DNA of 64,000 bases from Candidatus Poribacteria bacterium (GCA_965208325.1 OZ242326.1:2496001-2560000), one strand, 5' to 3'; shown: positions 19,355 to 29,176, numbered from the stretch's first letter. Notes: a model not told the origin generated them from the sequence alone. A program made the numbers and translations.

Positions 19355-19606
19355 TTACTTACCCCTATAAGTAACTTTATTGAGAAGTTCTTTTATTTCT
19401 TTTGCCTTAGTTTCAATTTCAACAAAAAAGTCTTTCTGAGCATAATGATTTTCCAACTGCGTTTGAGCCTCCTTCGAATCTCGAACACCATCGGGCAATT
19501 CACCTTTGTTCTGTAAGTTTTCCCGGTTTTCATTATCCTCATGAAATGTATCACAATAGGCTAACAAAACTTCAATAGCACTTACAGCTTGATTTCTATC
19601 CGTCAT
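19355..19606 (-). CDS. Hypothetical helical protein (83 aa)
   Basis: AAAGGAG RBS; AT-rich; coiled-coil-like composition. Confidence 0.6.
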   Translation of the reverse strand: MTDRNQAVSAIEVLLAYCDTFHEDNENRENLQNKGELPDGVRDSKEAQTQLENHYAQKDFFVEIETKAKEIKELLNKVTYRGK

Positions 19607-19668
19607 AATTAAAGTCTCCTTTATGCCTTAATGCAGAGCTGATTAGATAGGCGACTGCTTAAGCCAAT

Positions 19669-20028
19669 TCAATAGTTTTCTCTAGACATTTCTGTATAAG
19701 CTTGCTCTATAATCGGTTTGATTTTATCTACATCACTAACGCTATAGCAATGACATTGAGATTCCCATTAATCTCGACGGCAAACCTCAAAAGGTATTTC
19801 AGGGCTTGCTATTTTATCAAGGTCCAAAGCAATCCTTATCTTTATACAATCACTTAAAGGTTCCGGGCTTATAAATCGCCTCTGCATATCGGGTGTTTTA
19901 TATGAGAAATTCTTTCTAGCATTTGAGACTGATTCCACATCTGGAAGGCTAAGGATAAACTCTTCCAACCCATCAAATATATCAATTACTCTCGTTGGCA
20001 CGTCACTACGCTCCAAATTTGCCTCCAT
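19669..20028 (-). pseudogene. DUF5655-like protein interrupted by an in-frame TAA
   Basis: The ORF ends ...EVCRRD* (19768-19770) but the same frame continues WESQCHCYSVSDVDKIKPIIEQAYTEMSRENY*, resembling the DUF5655 terminal helix. Family call by eye. Confidence 0.5.
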
Positions 20029-20183
20029 TATGAACGTATACTATATCATTCCGGCATGCCCCATTGATAAGTGTTGGTTTTCGTAAGATTGGAATCTAGA
20101 GAGATTTTTGTTTGCTTTAAAGCCAAAATGTACAAATCAAAAATATTTTAACTTTTAAATGAAATGATTTCAAGTCAAAACAC

Positions 20184-21495
20184 ATAACTTACCCCCATCC
20201 TTTAGACAGAAACTAACGAGATTTAAGTAATAAAACCTGACTAATTCTGGTCAATTTTCAACGCCTGAAGTTAGTGAAAATACACCTCGTAAGGTGTACG
20301 GTATTCGAGCGATTGATGTGACCGCTCTCGGTTGTAATAGTTGAAATAATCTCTCAAGCGGCGCCGAGCCGTGTTCATTGAGTCATAGTCGTTGAGGTAA
20401 ACCTCCTCATACTTAACACTGCGCCAAAGTCGTTCAACGAAGATGTTGTCAAAGTAACGGCCTCTGCCGTTCCAACTAATGGCTATGCCAGAGGCTTCAA
20501 GTCTAGCAGTAAACGCCTCGGAAGTAAATTGACTTCCTTGGTCGTTGTTGAATATTAATGGACTCGCTTTACCAAGCGCCCGTTCCAGCGCCGATAGGCA
20601 AAAGAACACGTCAAGGGAGTTTGAAAGTTCCCATGACAACACATAGCGGGAAAACCAATCCATAATGGCTACCAGATAAACAAAGCCATGGCTTAAACGA
20701 ATATAGGTGATATCAGTTGCCCAGACATGGTTCGGTCTGGTAATACTTAATCCGTTCAACAGATAGGGGTACACTTTCGACGGCTTGCCCATTCTGGAGG
20801 TCTTGGGCTTGGGATAAATGGCAACTAATCCCATCTTCCGCATTAACCGTGCGACTCGTTTCGGATTGACCACATATCCTTGACGACGAAGCCAATCCGT
20901 TAACTTAGGCACCCCACACCACGGCGTCTTGGTGTACTGTTCGTCTAACAGACGCATATACAGCAGATTTTGTGGAGACTCCCCTACAGGAGTGTAATAG
21001 AACGATGCTCTAGGCAAGCCTAAAAGCTCGCACTGTCTTGCAATCGACAATGAACGGCACTCCGGTTCAACAAGCTGCCGCCGCTGTTCAACGGAGGCGC
21101 GACGTTTTTTTTTGAAGCCAGTCCAGTTCTACCTTCAACTGACCAATCTGGCGATACAGTTCAGACACTAGCTCGTCGTTGTCGGAAGCTGTTTTTGAAC
21201 GTCCCTTCGCAAAGAGTTGAGGTAATTCCTCAAGCACCTGTTTTTTCCATTGGCTAACTTGTGCCGGATTGACACCGTATTCACTGGCAATTTGACTGAT
21301 AGTCTGCTGATTCTTGATAGCTTCAAGAGCCACTTGCGCTTTGAATCGGCCATCACGCTGAATTCTACGGGACATGGTGGAGAAACTCCTTTCTTTTTCT
21401 TGGCGTTTCCGAGTCCTATTTTCGCTCAGATGATGACCATTTTTCTAGTCGAAAAGATCTCTTATTTAATTGTCTAGTTTTTGGGGGTAATTACA
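20184..21495 (-). mobile_element. IS3-family insertion sequence
   Basis: Imperfect terminal IRs TGTAATTACCCCCAAAAACTAGACA (from 21495, minus) and ATAACTTACCCCCATCCTTTAGACA (from ~20184); orfA/orfB organisation. Left boundary +/-2 nt. Confidence 0.88.
20271..21375 (-). CDS. IS3 transposase OrfAB (programmed -1 frameshift)
   Basis: OrfA 21375-21088 (HTH; ELYRQIGQLKVELDWL); A9 slippery run at 21105-21113; OrfB DDE motifs WATDITY, NNDQGSQF, VERLWRSVKYE. Confidence 0.92.
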
Positions 21496-21594
21496 CCACT
21501 ATCGTTGACTCGTGCAATCCGAAACAGATACAAACCCAAGTGCTTCGCCGTCAACTTTACCTACATTGATAACGTCATCACCCTTATTCTGACC

Positions 21595-21752
21595 GAAGGT
21601 TGGGTTAAGCCGATTCGTGAATAACGCCGCATAAGTGGCATGAGTGCAGAACCTAGATTCCGTCTCAAGATAGTCATGACGCAGCGAACCCAACGATTGA
21701 CCGAGCGAACAGCGTGGGATCGACTGACCGGATAGAGAAGGCGATAGTTTTC
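21595..21752 (+). repeat. ~100-bp REP-like element plus two 23-mer units (direct repeat of 23469-23575)
   Basis: 21597-21695 and 23471-23569 differ at ~9 of 99 positions (hand count); followed by GATTGACCGAGCGAACAGCGTG-GGATCGACTGACCGGATAGAGAA-GGCGATAGTTTTCC. Confidence 0.85.
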
Positions 21753-21779
21753 CCCTTTAAAATCCTCCCCCTTACCAAG

Positions 21780-23433
21780 CTTACTATTACCCACAAGTCT
21801 TCGGAGGTAGTGGTTTTCTATGTTAGTGCTAAGAACTATCGTTCAATTCGACACTGTGAAAAAGGCGAAAGGTGTCAGAAATATCTCTTAACCGCTGCCA
21901 CCCTCGCCAGATAACAGTCACCCCAGGCTCACCGTCGGACCTGCGCGCTAAAAAACCACCGAGCTTGGCAATCCAAATCACTACCTCAGAAACGGTAGGA
22001 ATTTGCTTGGGCAAAGTGCTACGCCGATGAGACACACAATAGAGCGCTTTCCACTCATCAGATGTTAGCACACACCTACAATCCGCAGTCGGGGCATGGC
22101 GGTTCATCATCGTCAGCCAGTACAACCGCCACGCAATCACACTGGTTAGCGCAAAGTATCGTAAAAGCCGACTTTTAGTTTGCAGACGGCACGATTCGAT
22201 TTTGGTGCCGGATTTGAGGACCTTGAAATAGACTTCAATTTGCCATCTTAAACTGTACCAACGTATTCGTTCCAGAGCGTCCGAAAAATTGGCCACTTCT
22301 ACATTCGTGATTAACAGCCATTCAATCGGGGTTGCCCTCGCGGGTGGATTCACCTCTGCTACCCAGATGACATTCACCTCAATTGCAGGTAGATTTGGCG
22401 ATTGTGACGCCTGCGAACGATAGGGAGGAACCAGCGTCGTTGCCGTAAAATGAACACTGACCGTAGCCTCACGAGATGCTTGGTTCCCACGAGCGGGTAC
22501 CTTAACAACTAGCATACCGGAAGCAGGTTGACTTTTGACCAAGGGATTGAGTTTACCCAGCTCATCATCAACAATTCGATTCTGAACCGCTCGAATCACG
22601 AAGGGTGTGTCTTGTGATTCAACAAAAAATTCATAAATATCGGCTTCACGGTCACAGATGGAAATTACCTCAACCCCTGCTGGAGTTTGCGCTTTGATTT
22701 CATTTAACGCTTCAATCCATTTGTAACTCTCTTTTTCAGTCAGTGGCGGATTGGTTTTGCGAACGGTTTGCTCGGAATCTTCCCGGACCCAAACTTTATC
22801 CGTGAGTCACCCCAATGGCAATCCCGACTCAGTGAGCACTAGCGTCGTGTGTTTGACAAACCCGTAGATTTGCTGCGACTTTGTCCCAATTGGACCTAAG
22901 CCCTCGGTCAACGGGTGATGCGTGTAATTCAGATAGGTCGTATCCTGTACTGCAAAAACACGTTGATGTTCACTCATTCGTTCAACAGTACGTTGAAAGT
23001 GAGGCACTAGAATTTTTTCTGCTGTGACCTTCTGGTTATCAAATAAACGATAAGCTGCTTTTGTGGCTGCCCAATCACCACAGGCAGCGTTGATGGAGGA
23101 TTGCGGATAGCCTGATAATTCTTCGGCGACATCAATCAGTCGCTCAGTGAGACGTTTATCTCCCAAATGAATCGTCCCAAATTCTTGGCGACTCCAAGGG
23201 AGCTTGAACTCATCATGGTTTGAAGGCATAGTTGACTCCAATTTCGTAGTGAGGTCGTTATGATTTTCGGTAACCTAGCCCCTCGAATTTATCACATTTG
23301 CTTTCGCCAAGCAAATACTGATTCTCGATTCCGATATGTTACCCGCCTAACTTGCACGCAATCATGTTAGGCAAATAAGAGACGCAAAAAAACGCTCACC
23401 TTCCAGATTACATGACTTGTGGGTAATAGTAAG
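21780..23433 (-). mobile_element. IS4-family (IS50/Tn5-like) insertion sequence
   Basis: Perfect 20-bp IRs CTTACTATTACCCACAAGTC (21780-21799) / GACTTGTGGGTAATAGTAAG (23414-23433); 9-bp target duplication CTTACCAAG at 21771-21779 and 23434-23442. Confidence 0.95.
21829..23241 (-). pseudogene. IS50/Tn5-like transposase with a single in-frame TGA
   Basis: LGDKRL..RL, AAYRLFDN, VQDTT, KESYKW, DREADIYE, Y..RWQIEVYFKVLKSG, LGGFL.R..DGEPG...WRGW. Both ORF-track pieces are in one frame, separated by TGA at 22807-22809. Confidence 0.9.
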
Positions 23434-23468
23434 CTTACCAAGGGGGAGCTAGAGGGGGTTAGTTTTTT

Positions 23469-23643
23469 GTAGGTTGGGTTAAGCGGATTCGTGAACAACG
23501 CTGCATAAGAGGCATGAGTGCCCAACCTAGATTCAGTCTCAAGATAGTCATGAGGTAGCGAACCCAACGCTTTTCTTTGACACAAGTTCCTGTAGGTTGG
23601 AGAGGGCAATCCACCGACCGAATAGCTAGCGCGATCGTTTTCT
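23469..23643 (+). repeat. Second ~100-bp REP-like copy plus a further GTAGGTTGG head with one 23-mer unit
   Basis: GTAGGTTGGGTTAAGCG...GCGAACCCAACGCTTTTC; then GTAGGTTGG at 23592 and ATCCACCGACCGAATAGCTAGC-GCGATCGTTTTC. Confidence 0.8.
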
Positions 23644-23694
23644 CAAGTCTTTCGGTGACCCAATGCTATTTTGAAACAAGGAGAAAATTTCACT

Positions 23695-25026
23695 ATGAAC
23701 CTAACTAATCCCGTCGAATGGGCACGCTATTCCCCCGAACACCGCGAGGGGAAGCTGTGCTACCACAAATGGACAAAGGAGTCGCACCTACCTTTGCGGA
23801 ACGTGCCTGGCGGATCAACGGAACCGAATTACGAGACCATGACTTACAACTATTGCGACGAATGCAACCAGAGAAGCGTTCGCTCCGCGGTCAACAATGG
23901 TTGTTCGCATATTCTGTTTATCACGCGGTATTATGGGAAAAGTCAGCAATACGCGGGACGCCCTTTTATCGTGGGCTATTATGAGATTGGCTGGAAAACC
24001 GAGGTCAATGGCGCAACCGCCGTTCGTCCAAAGCAACTTTCGTTCGTGCGTATTGAGGACGCCTACGAAATCACGCCTGAACGGTGGAAACGCATCAACC
24101 CCTACAGAAAAACGTATGAACTAAAAAATCTCCGCCACGCGACGCAGCGGGTCGAGGGCTGCTTATTTGAGGAAATAATTGACCATCTTGACCAACATGA
24201 CGCCACGACAGCTTTTCTGCTCGAAGTTGCGCGGCTTAAAGCCGAAACTAATCCCTTTGAAGACGTACCGACGGGGCGTATCTTCATAATCAACGTTGGC
24301 GCGAACAGCACCCACCCGCTACAAAGCCCGTTGTTTGAAGACAACAGTTTCGAATTCGTTCCCATCCCTGCTTCGGCCGATGACGGTTACACCCTTGCGA
24401 ATCTTCGCCAGTTCGATGCACCGGACAGACCAATGATTAATCACTTTCGGTCATTAAATATCTCACCGGACACGAAGATTCACAATGATCCGGAGTTCGC
24501 CACCTTCACGTTCGGCGACAGCCCAATTGTTAAGGCCGGGCTTAAATCCATGACAAAAGGCGATTTTCTGTTCTTTCTAGTTCGTTTAGTTCCATATCGA
24601 AACCAGCAATATTACAACCATGAGGGGATATTCGCTTTAATCGGTTTTCTTGAAATCGAAGAGATAATCCCGCTGCCGTTTGACGCGACGATCGACTCGC
24701 TTCTTCCCAGCCCTGCATTCAACCGTAATGCCCATGTCATTCGTTGGTTAAACGACCATGTTCCGTACGACGATGGATATGTGGTTTACAAAGGATCGAC
24801 CAATTCTCGCCGTTTCGGTAAAGCCGTTAAGTTTGACCGCGAGTTTGTAGAGGATATCCCGCTACTTACTGCTGCAGGTGCCCCATGGAACTGGGAAACA
24901 AACACTGAACTCGGCGTTATCAGCTCACACACACGCGGCCCACGCCAACATATTGACCCAAGCGCAGATTCGGAACGGGCCGCCCAGTTCTGGCGGCGTA
25001 TTAGGGAATTACAGGAATGGGTCTGA
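23695..25026 (+). CDS. Nucleotide-modification-associated domain protein (C-terminal Nmad3-like; N-terminal Nmad-like domain)
   Basis: C-half INVGAN...SPLFEDNSFEFVPIP...HNDPEFATFTFGD...GDFLFF...LIGFLEI...NAH. N-half EPNYETMTYNYCDEC...ILFIT...IVGYYEI echoes the same pattern. AGGAG RBS before ATG 23695. Confidence 0.72.
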   Translation: MNLTNPVEWARYSPEHREGKLCYHKWTKESHLPLRNVPGGSTEPNYETMTYNYCDECNQRSVRSAVNNGCSHILFITRYYGKSQQYAGRPFIVGYYEIGWKTEVNGATAVRPKQLSFVRIEDAYEITPERWKRINPYRKTYELKNLRHATQRVEGCLFEEIIDHLDQHDATTAFLLEVARLKAETNPFEDVPTGRIFIINVGANSTHPLQSPLFEDNSFEFVPIPASADDGYTLANLRQFDAPDRPMINHFRSLNISPDTKIHNDPEFATFTFGDSPIVKAGLKSMTKGDFLFFLVRLVPYRNQQYYNHEGIFALIGFLEIEEIIPLPFDATIDSLLPSPAFNRNAHVIRWLNDHVPYDDGYVVYKGSTNSRRFGKAVKFDREFVEDIPLLTAAGAPWNWETNTELGVISSHTRGPRQHIDPSADSERAAQFWRRIRELQEWV

Positions 25027-25036
25027 ACCAGCTTTC

Positions 25037-25107
25037 GTAGCTTGGGTAGAGATCAACTGAGCAAATAGCGGAGGATCGAGCGAATTAAGAGTGAGTATGA
25101 TAGTCTT
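25037..25107 (+). repeat. GTAG-initiated 23-mer repeat element
   Basis: GTAGCTTGGGTAGA-GATCAACTGAGCAAATAGCGGAG-GATCGAGCGAAT...GATAGTCTT. Confidence 0.7.
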
Positions 25108-25149
25108 ATGTTTAACAACCTCCGGCAAAGGATGCCATTTGAAATTAAC

Positions 25150-25292
25150 GAAAAGCGTTGGGTTTCGCAGAAGACTGGTGAAGACTAATGGAAGACTATC
25201 GTCCTCCCTATTCGGTCGGTTGATCCTTCGCTATTCGCTCATTTTATCTATCCGCTCAGTTGATCCCTCTCTATTCGGTAAGATGATCCTAC
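25150..25292 (-). repeat. GTAG-initiated element with 3-4 tandem 23-mer units
   Basis: Minus strand GTA-GGATCATCTTACCGAATAGAGAG-GGATCAACTGAGCGGATAGATAAA-ATGAGCGAATAGCGAA-GGATCAACCGACCGAATAGGGAG-GACGATAGTCTTCC...GTCTTCTGCGAAACCCAACGCTTTTC. Confidence 0.75.
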
Positions 25293-25299
25293 AAGAACT

Positions 25300-25476
25300 G
25301 ACTCCGTTTGAATGTTGAACTTTAACTTATCGAAAAACCCTCACCCTACCCGACTCGTCACCAACAGCAATATACTAGTCATTCGGTGACCAACGAGGCT
25401 TGTGATCCCCGATGTCAGAGCGGCTTCATGAACCGCCCGAGAACGGAGTCGGCCTTGCAATTGCCAGACGCAGACC
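25300..25476 (-). pseudogene. Degenerate duplicate of the 3' end of the WD40 gene (copy of 29252-29430)
   Basis: Colinear high-identity DNA match including the stop codon and downstream bases; the copy has small indels and stops. Confidence 0.88.
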
Positions 25477-25769
25477 AGATGGTTAAAATCTCTCCCGCTA
25501 TTATCCAATGCTTGATGGACACTGCCTGTTATACTGCTTAAATGTACAAAGTCGAGCTTAGCGCAAGACTGAATTGACTGCGAGAAATTTTCCGGGTATC
25601 GTAGAGCCTTGCGAAAATTTGGAAAGGCTCAGGGACGGTTATAAATCGAAAAGTTTGATTCTCTCAATCTTTTACGATATTCTTTATACCACATTAATCT
25701 TCAAGCAGTTAAAGCATTTCTCTGTTTACAGAGGAGTCCGAAACTGGACCGATCAGTGAGGAGGGACCT

Positions 25770-26588
25770 ATGCCAGTTTTTGACGCAGAAGCCTTAGAAT
25801 TTTGGGAAGAGAACGGTTACGTCGTTGTACCGGAGGCGGTACCACTTGAAAATTGCCACGCCGCAGAACAAGCCGTCTGGGATTTTCTTGAAATGGACCG
25901 CGACAATCCAGACAGTTGGTATTCCGATCCACCGCGCGGGAGCATCATGGTGGAGATTTATCAACACCAAGCGTTGTGGGACAACCGCCAATACCCACAT
26001 GTTCATCAGGCGTTCTCGGAAATTTGGGAGACGGAGAAGCTCTGGGTTAGTTTTGATCGTGCGAGCATGAATCCGCCTGAACGTCCGGATTGGAAGTTCA
26101 CCGGTCCTCACTTACATTGGGATATGTCGTTGGATGATATGCCGGTAGGTTTAAAGGTGCAAGGTGTTTTGTATCTGGCAGATACGCCGGGTAATCAGGG
26201 TGCATTCTCCTGTATTCCGGGATTTCATCGGAAGTTGGAGAAATGGTTGGAGGATTTATCTGATGACGCGAATCCGCGGGAAGTTGTCCGAGAATACCAA
26301 GCAGAAGCGGTGCCGGTTGCTGGGAAAGCCGTCGATCTGGTTATCTGGCATAGTGCATTGCCGCATGGAAGTAGACCGAACTCCGCTGAGCGTCCTCGTA
26401 TGGCGCAATATATCACGATGTCGCCTGCGCCAGAGAATGCCAATCCTGAGTCGCGAATTAAAGGGTGGCGCGAACGCTTGACGGGACTCGGAAAAGAGGC
26501 GAAAGAGAAGGAGCATCACCACGGTGAAACAGCGGAATTGGCACCTTTAGGAAAGAAACTTCTCGGACTTGAATCATGGGTTACTTAA
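25770..26588 (+). CDS. Phytanoyl-CoA dioxygenase (PhyH) family Fe(II)/2OG oxygenase
   Basis: FWEENGYVVV, HWD (HxD), VQGVLYL.DT, IWHSALPHGS..N...RPR.AQY. Confidence 0.9.
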   Translation: MPVFDAEALEFWEENGYVVVPEAVPLENCHAAEQAVWDFLEMDRDNPDSWYSDPPRGSIMVEIYQHQALWDNRQYPHVHQAFSEIWETEKLWVSFDRASMNPPERPDWKFTGPHLHWDMSLDDMPVGLKVQGVLYLADTPGNQGAFSCIPGFHRKLEKWLEDLSDDANPREVVREYQAEAVPVAGKAVDLVIWHSALPHGSRPNSAERPRMAQYITMSPAPENANPESRIKGWRERLTGLGKEAKEKEHHHGETAELAPLGKKLLGLESWVT

Positions 26589-26698
26589 ACACGGTAGGTG
26601 CGGTTTCCTAACCGCACCGAGTCTCCGTAAAAACCTATGCATCGGAATATCTCAAGGATTCCCTAACCCCTTAGAAATGTTATGAGGAGAACCTTCTC

Positions 26699-27988
26699 GT
26701 GACAGATTTGTTGGCAGCACGCGCACAGATGGCGATGTCGCTTGCATTTCACATTATTTTTGCGGTGATCGGTATAGCGATGCCGCTGCTAATGGTGATT
26801 GCGGAAGGGCTATGGCTCAAAACGCGAGAAGAGGTTTACCTGACGCTTGCGAAGCGGTGGGCAAAAGGGACGGCGATTATGTTTGCTGTCGGCGCGGTCT
26901 CTGGCACCGTTTTGTCTTTTGAACTCGGTTTGTTGTGGCCCAATTTTATGGCTTACGCTGGTCCGATCATCGGCATGCCGTTTTCATTGGAAGGGTTTGC
27001 ATTCTTCCTGGAAGCGATCTTCTTAGGGCTTTACCTCTATGGCTGGGACCGCATTCCAAAATATGCCCACTGGTATGCTGGGATGATGGTGCTGCTCGGC
27101 GGCACCTTGTCCGGTATTTTTGTTGTCACCGCGAATGCATGGATGAACACGCCTACCGGATTCACTATTGTCAATGGAGAGGTGACGGATGTCGATCCGA
27201 TTGCGGCAATGTTGAATCCCTCCTCGTTTAGCCAAACACTTCACATGACTATCGCTGCTTTTCTGACAGTCGGATTTGCGGTGGCGGGCATTCACGCCTA
27301 TTTTCTGCGACGTGATCCCGACAACCTTTTCCATCGCCGTGCGTTTGCGATTGCCTTGAGTGTTGGCGGTGTGTTCGCACTCCTGCAACCGATTTCGGGT
27401 GACATCAGTGCCAAGAAGCTGGCGAAACACCAACCTATCAAGCTTGCGGCGATGGAGGCGCAGTGGGAGACCGAACGCGGGGCACCTTTACGTATCGGTG
27501 GTATTCCTAACGAGGACACTGAAGAAACTCGATATGCGCTTGAAATTCCGAAGGCACTCAGTTTTCTTGCGTACTCTGACTTCAACGCTGAGGTTATGGG
27601 GCTTAAGGCGGTGCCACCGGAAGACCGTCCGCCTGTGGCGATTGTGCATTTCGCATTTCAAATTATGGTAGCGTGCGGGATAGTGCTGATTGCCGCTGCT
27701 GTTATCGGTGGTTGGCTCGCATGGAAACATAAAAGACTACCGGATCAACGTTGGTATCTTCGGTTCGTTACGTTCTGTACACCGCTTGGGTTTATCGCAA
27801 TTGAGGCAGGTTGGACGGTCACAGAGGTTGGACGGCAACCGTGGATTATTTACAATTACATGCGAACCGCCGAGGCGGTAACCTCAATGCCGAACCTCGT
27901 CGTTCCCTTTCTCGGTTTTACGGTACTTTATATTTTCCTCTCTATTGTCGTTGTTATCCTATTACGTCGTCAGATATTTTTAAGCTAA
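26699..27988 (+). CDS. cydA: Cytochrome bd ubiquinol oxidase subunit I (short Q-loop)
   Basis: FHIIF (heme ligand), FAVGAVSG, EGFAFFLEA, NAWMNTP, QPIKLAAME, FQIMV, GWTVTEVGRQPW. Confidence 0.96.
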   Translation: MTDLLAARAQMAMSLAFHIIFAVIGIAMPLLMVIAEGLWLKTREEVYLTLAKRWAKGTAIMFAVGAVSGTVLSFELGLLWPNFMAYAGPIIGMPFSLEGFAFFLEAIFLGLYLYGWDRIPKYAHWYAGMMVLLGGTLSGIFVVTANAWMNTPTGFTIVNGEVTDVDPIAAMLNPSSFSQTLHMTIAAFLTVGFAVAGIHAYFLRRDPDNLFHRRAFAIALSVGGVFALLQPISGDISAKKLAKHQPIKLAAMEAQWETERGAPLRIGGIPNEDTEETRYALEIPKALSFLAYSDFNAEVMGLKAVPPEDRPPVAIVHFAFQIMVACGIVLIAAAVIGGWLAWKHKRLPDQRWYLRFVTFCTPLGFIAIEAGWTVTEVGRQPWIIYNYMRTAEAVTSMPNLVVPFLGFTVLYIFLSIVVVILLRRQIFLS

Positions 27989-28135
27989 CGCCAAGCGTTA
28001 AACACGATTATTGGTTAAACAACATCTCTTGGATAAGTTCCGCAGGACTCCGATCTTGTCCTGCTGCTTGCCTTTCAATAGATTTTTGCGACGAACTTAC
28101 TGCCAGGCACCCACCGACACGTCGAGAGAACTTTT

Positions 28136-29176
28136 ATGTTGAGTCTTGAATTCTGCATTGCATGTGTAATGCTTATTTCCCTGATTATCTATATGTTGAC
28201 AGGTGGTGCTGATTTTGGCGGTGGCATCTGGGATCTGTTTGCAACAGGTCGCCGTGCGAACGCACAGCGCTCGCTTATCGCACACGCAATTGGACCCATC
28301 TGGGAAGCGAACCATGTCTGGTTGATTGTGATTGTCGTTCTACTTTTCGTGGCGTTTCCTGTTGCATTCGCTGCAATTAGTACGGCTTTACATATTCCAT
28401 TGACATTTATGCTCATCGGTATTGTGCTTCGCGGCACGGCGTTTGTGTTTCGCACCTATGATGTTCAATCGGAAGTAATACACCGCCGTTGGAGCCGAGT
28501 ATTCGCTGTTGCAAGTGTTATTACGCCTGTGATGTTAGGGGTTACGTTGGGCGCGGTCGCGTCCGGCACGATACACGTTGACGTGGAGAGTGGACAGGTG
28601 GACACAGATTTCATCTCGGCATGGTTTGCGCCGTTTCCGTTTTCAAACGGGTTCTTTACCTTGACGCTTTGTGCGTTGCTTGCGGCGGTGTATCTCACCC
28701 TTGAGACTGAGGACACAGAATTGCAGGAGGATTTTCGGCGACGTGCTCTCATCTCGGCAGTGAGTGTCGGTGCGATGGCAGGACTGAGTTTTATCTTGTC
28801 TGCGGAGGGTGCGCCGGCAATTCGACGCGGACTCGGTAGCGCGTCTTGGTCGATCCCGTTTCATATTTTAACGGGCGCGATGGCACTGTGGGCGATCTGG
28901 ACAATTTGGAAGCGCCAGTTTCGCCTCGCGCGTATCCTCGTTCCGATACAGGTTACGCTCATCGTTTTCGGTTGGGGGCTGGCACAGTATCCGTATCTTG
29001 TCACACCGGACTTAACCTTTTCAAATACGGCTGCACCGGATACAGTGTTGCGTCCGTTGTTGATTGTACTGATTGCGGGGGGTGTGCTGTTGGTGCCTGC
29101 TTTCTGGTATCTTTACGCTGTGTTTAAGGGTGCATCTCGGCAGGCGGGGCAAACCAAAGAAGAGAATGGTCCTTAA
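28136..29176 (+). CDS. cydB: Cytochrome bd ubiquinol oxidase subunit II
   Basis: GADFGGG, IGPIWEANHVWL, VLRGTAFVFR, YLYAVF. Confidence 0.95.
   Translation: MLSLEFCIACVMLISLIIYMLTGGADFGGGIWDLFATGRRANAQRSLIAHAIGPIWEANHVWLIVIVVLLFVAFPVAFAAISTALHIPLTFMLIGIVLRGTAFVFRTYDVQSEVIHRRWSRVFAVASVITPVMLGVTLGAVASGTIHVDVESGQVDTDFISAWFAPFPFSNGFFTLTLCALLAAVYLTLETEDTELQEDFRRRALISAVSVGAMAGLSFILSAEGAPAIRRGLGSASWSIPFHILTGAMALWAIWTIWKRQFRLARILVPIQVTLIVFGWGLAQYPYLVTPDLTFSNTAAPDTVLRPLLIVLIAGGVLLVPAFWYLYAVFKGASRQAGQTKEENGP

Noticed and set aside
21499..21794. Short ORFs 21499-21693 and 23367-23609 sharing HDYLETESR
   Set aside because: The similarity comes from the ~100-bp non-coding repeat; no RBS or protein features.
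22807..22809. Selenocysteine or alternative genetic code at the in-frame TGA
   Set aside because: TGA is a normal stop in many genes here, no SECIS-like hairpin was recognised, and a transposase is an implausible selenoprotein.
15770..25292. CRISPR array or integron cassette array explaining the repeats in the island
   Set aside because: Repeats are degenerate, irregularly spaced and on both strands. There are no cas or intI genes, and the ACCTAAC at ~17063 has no properly paired GTTRRRY attC partner.
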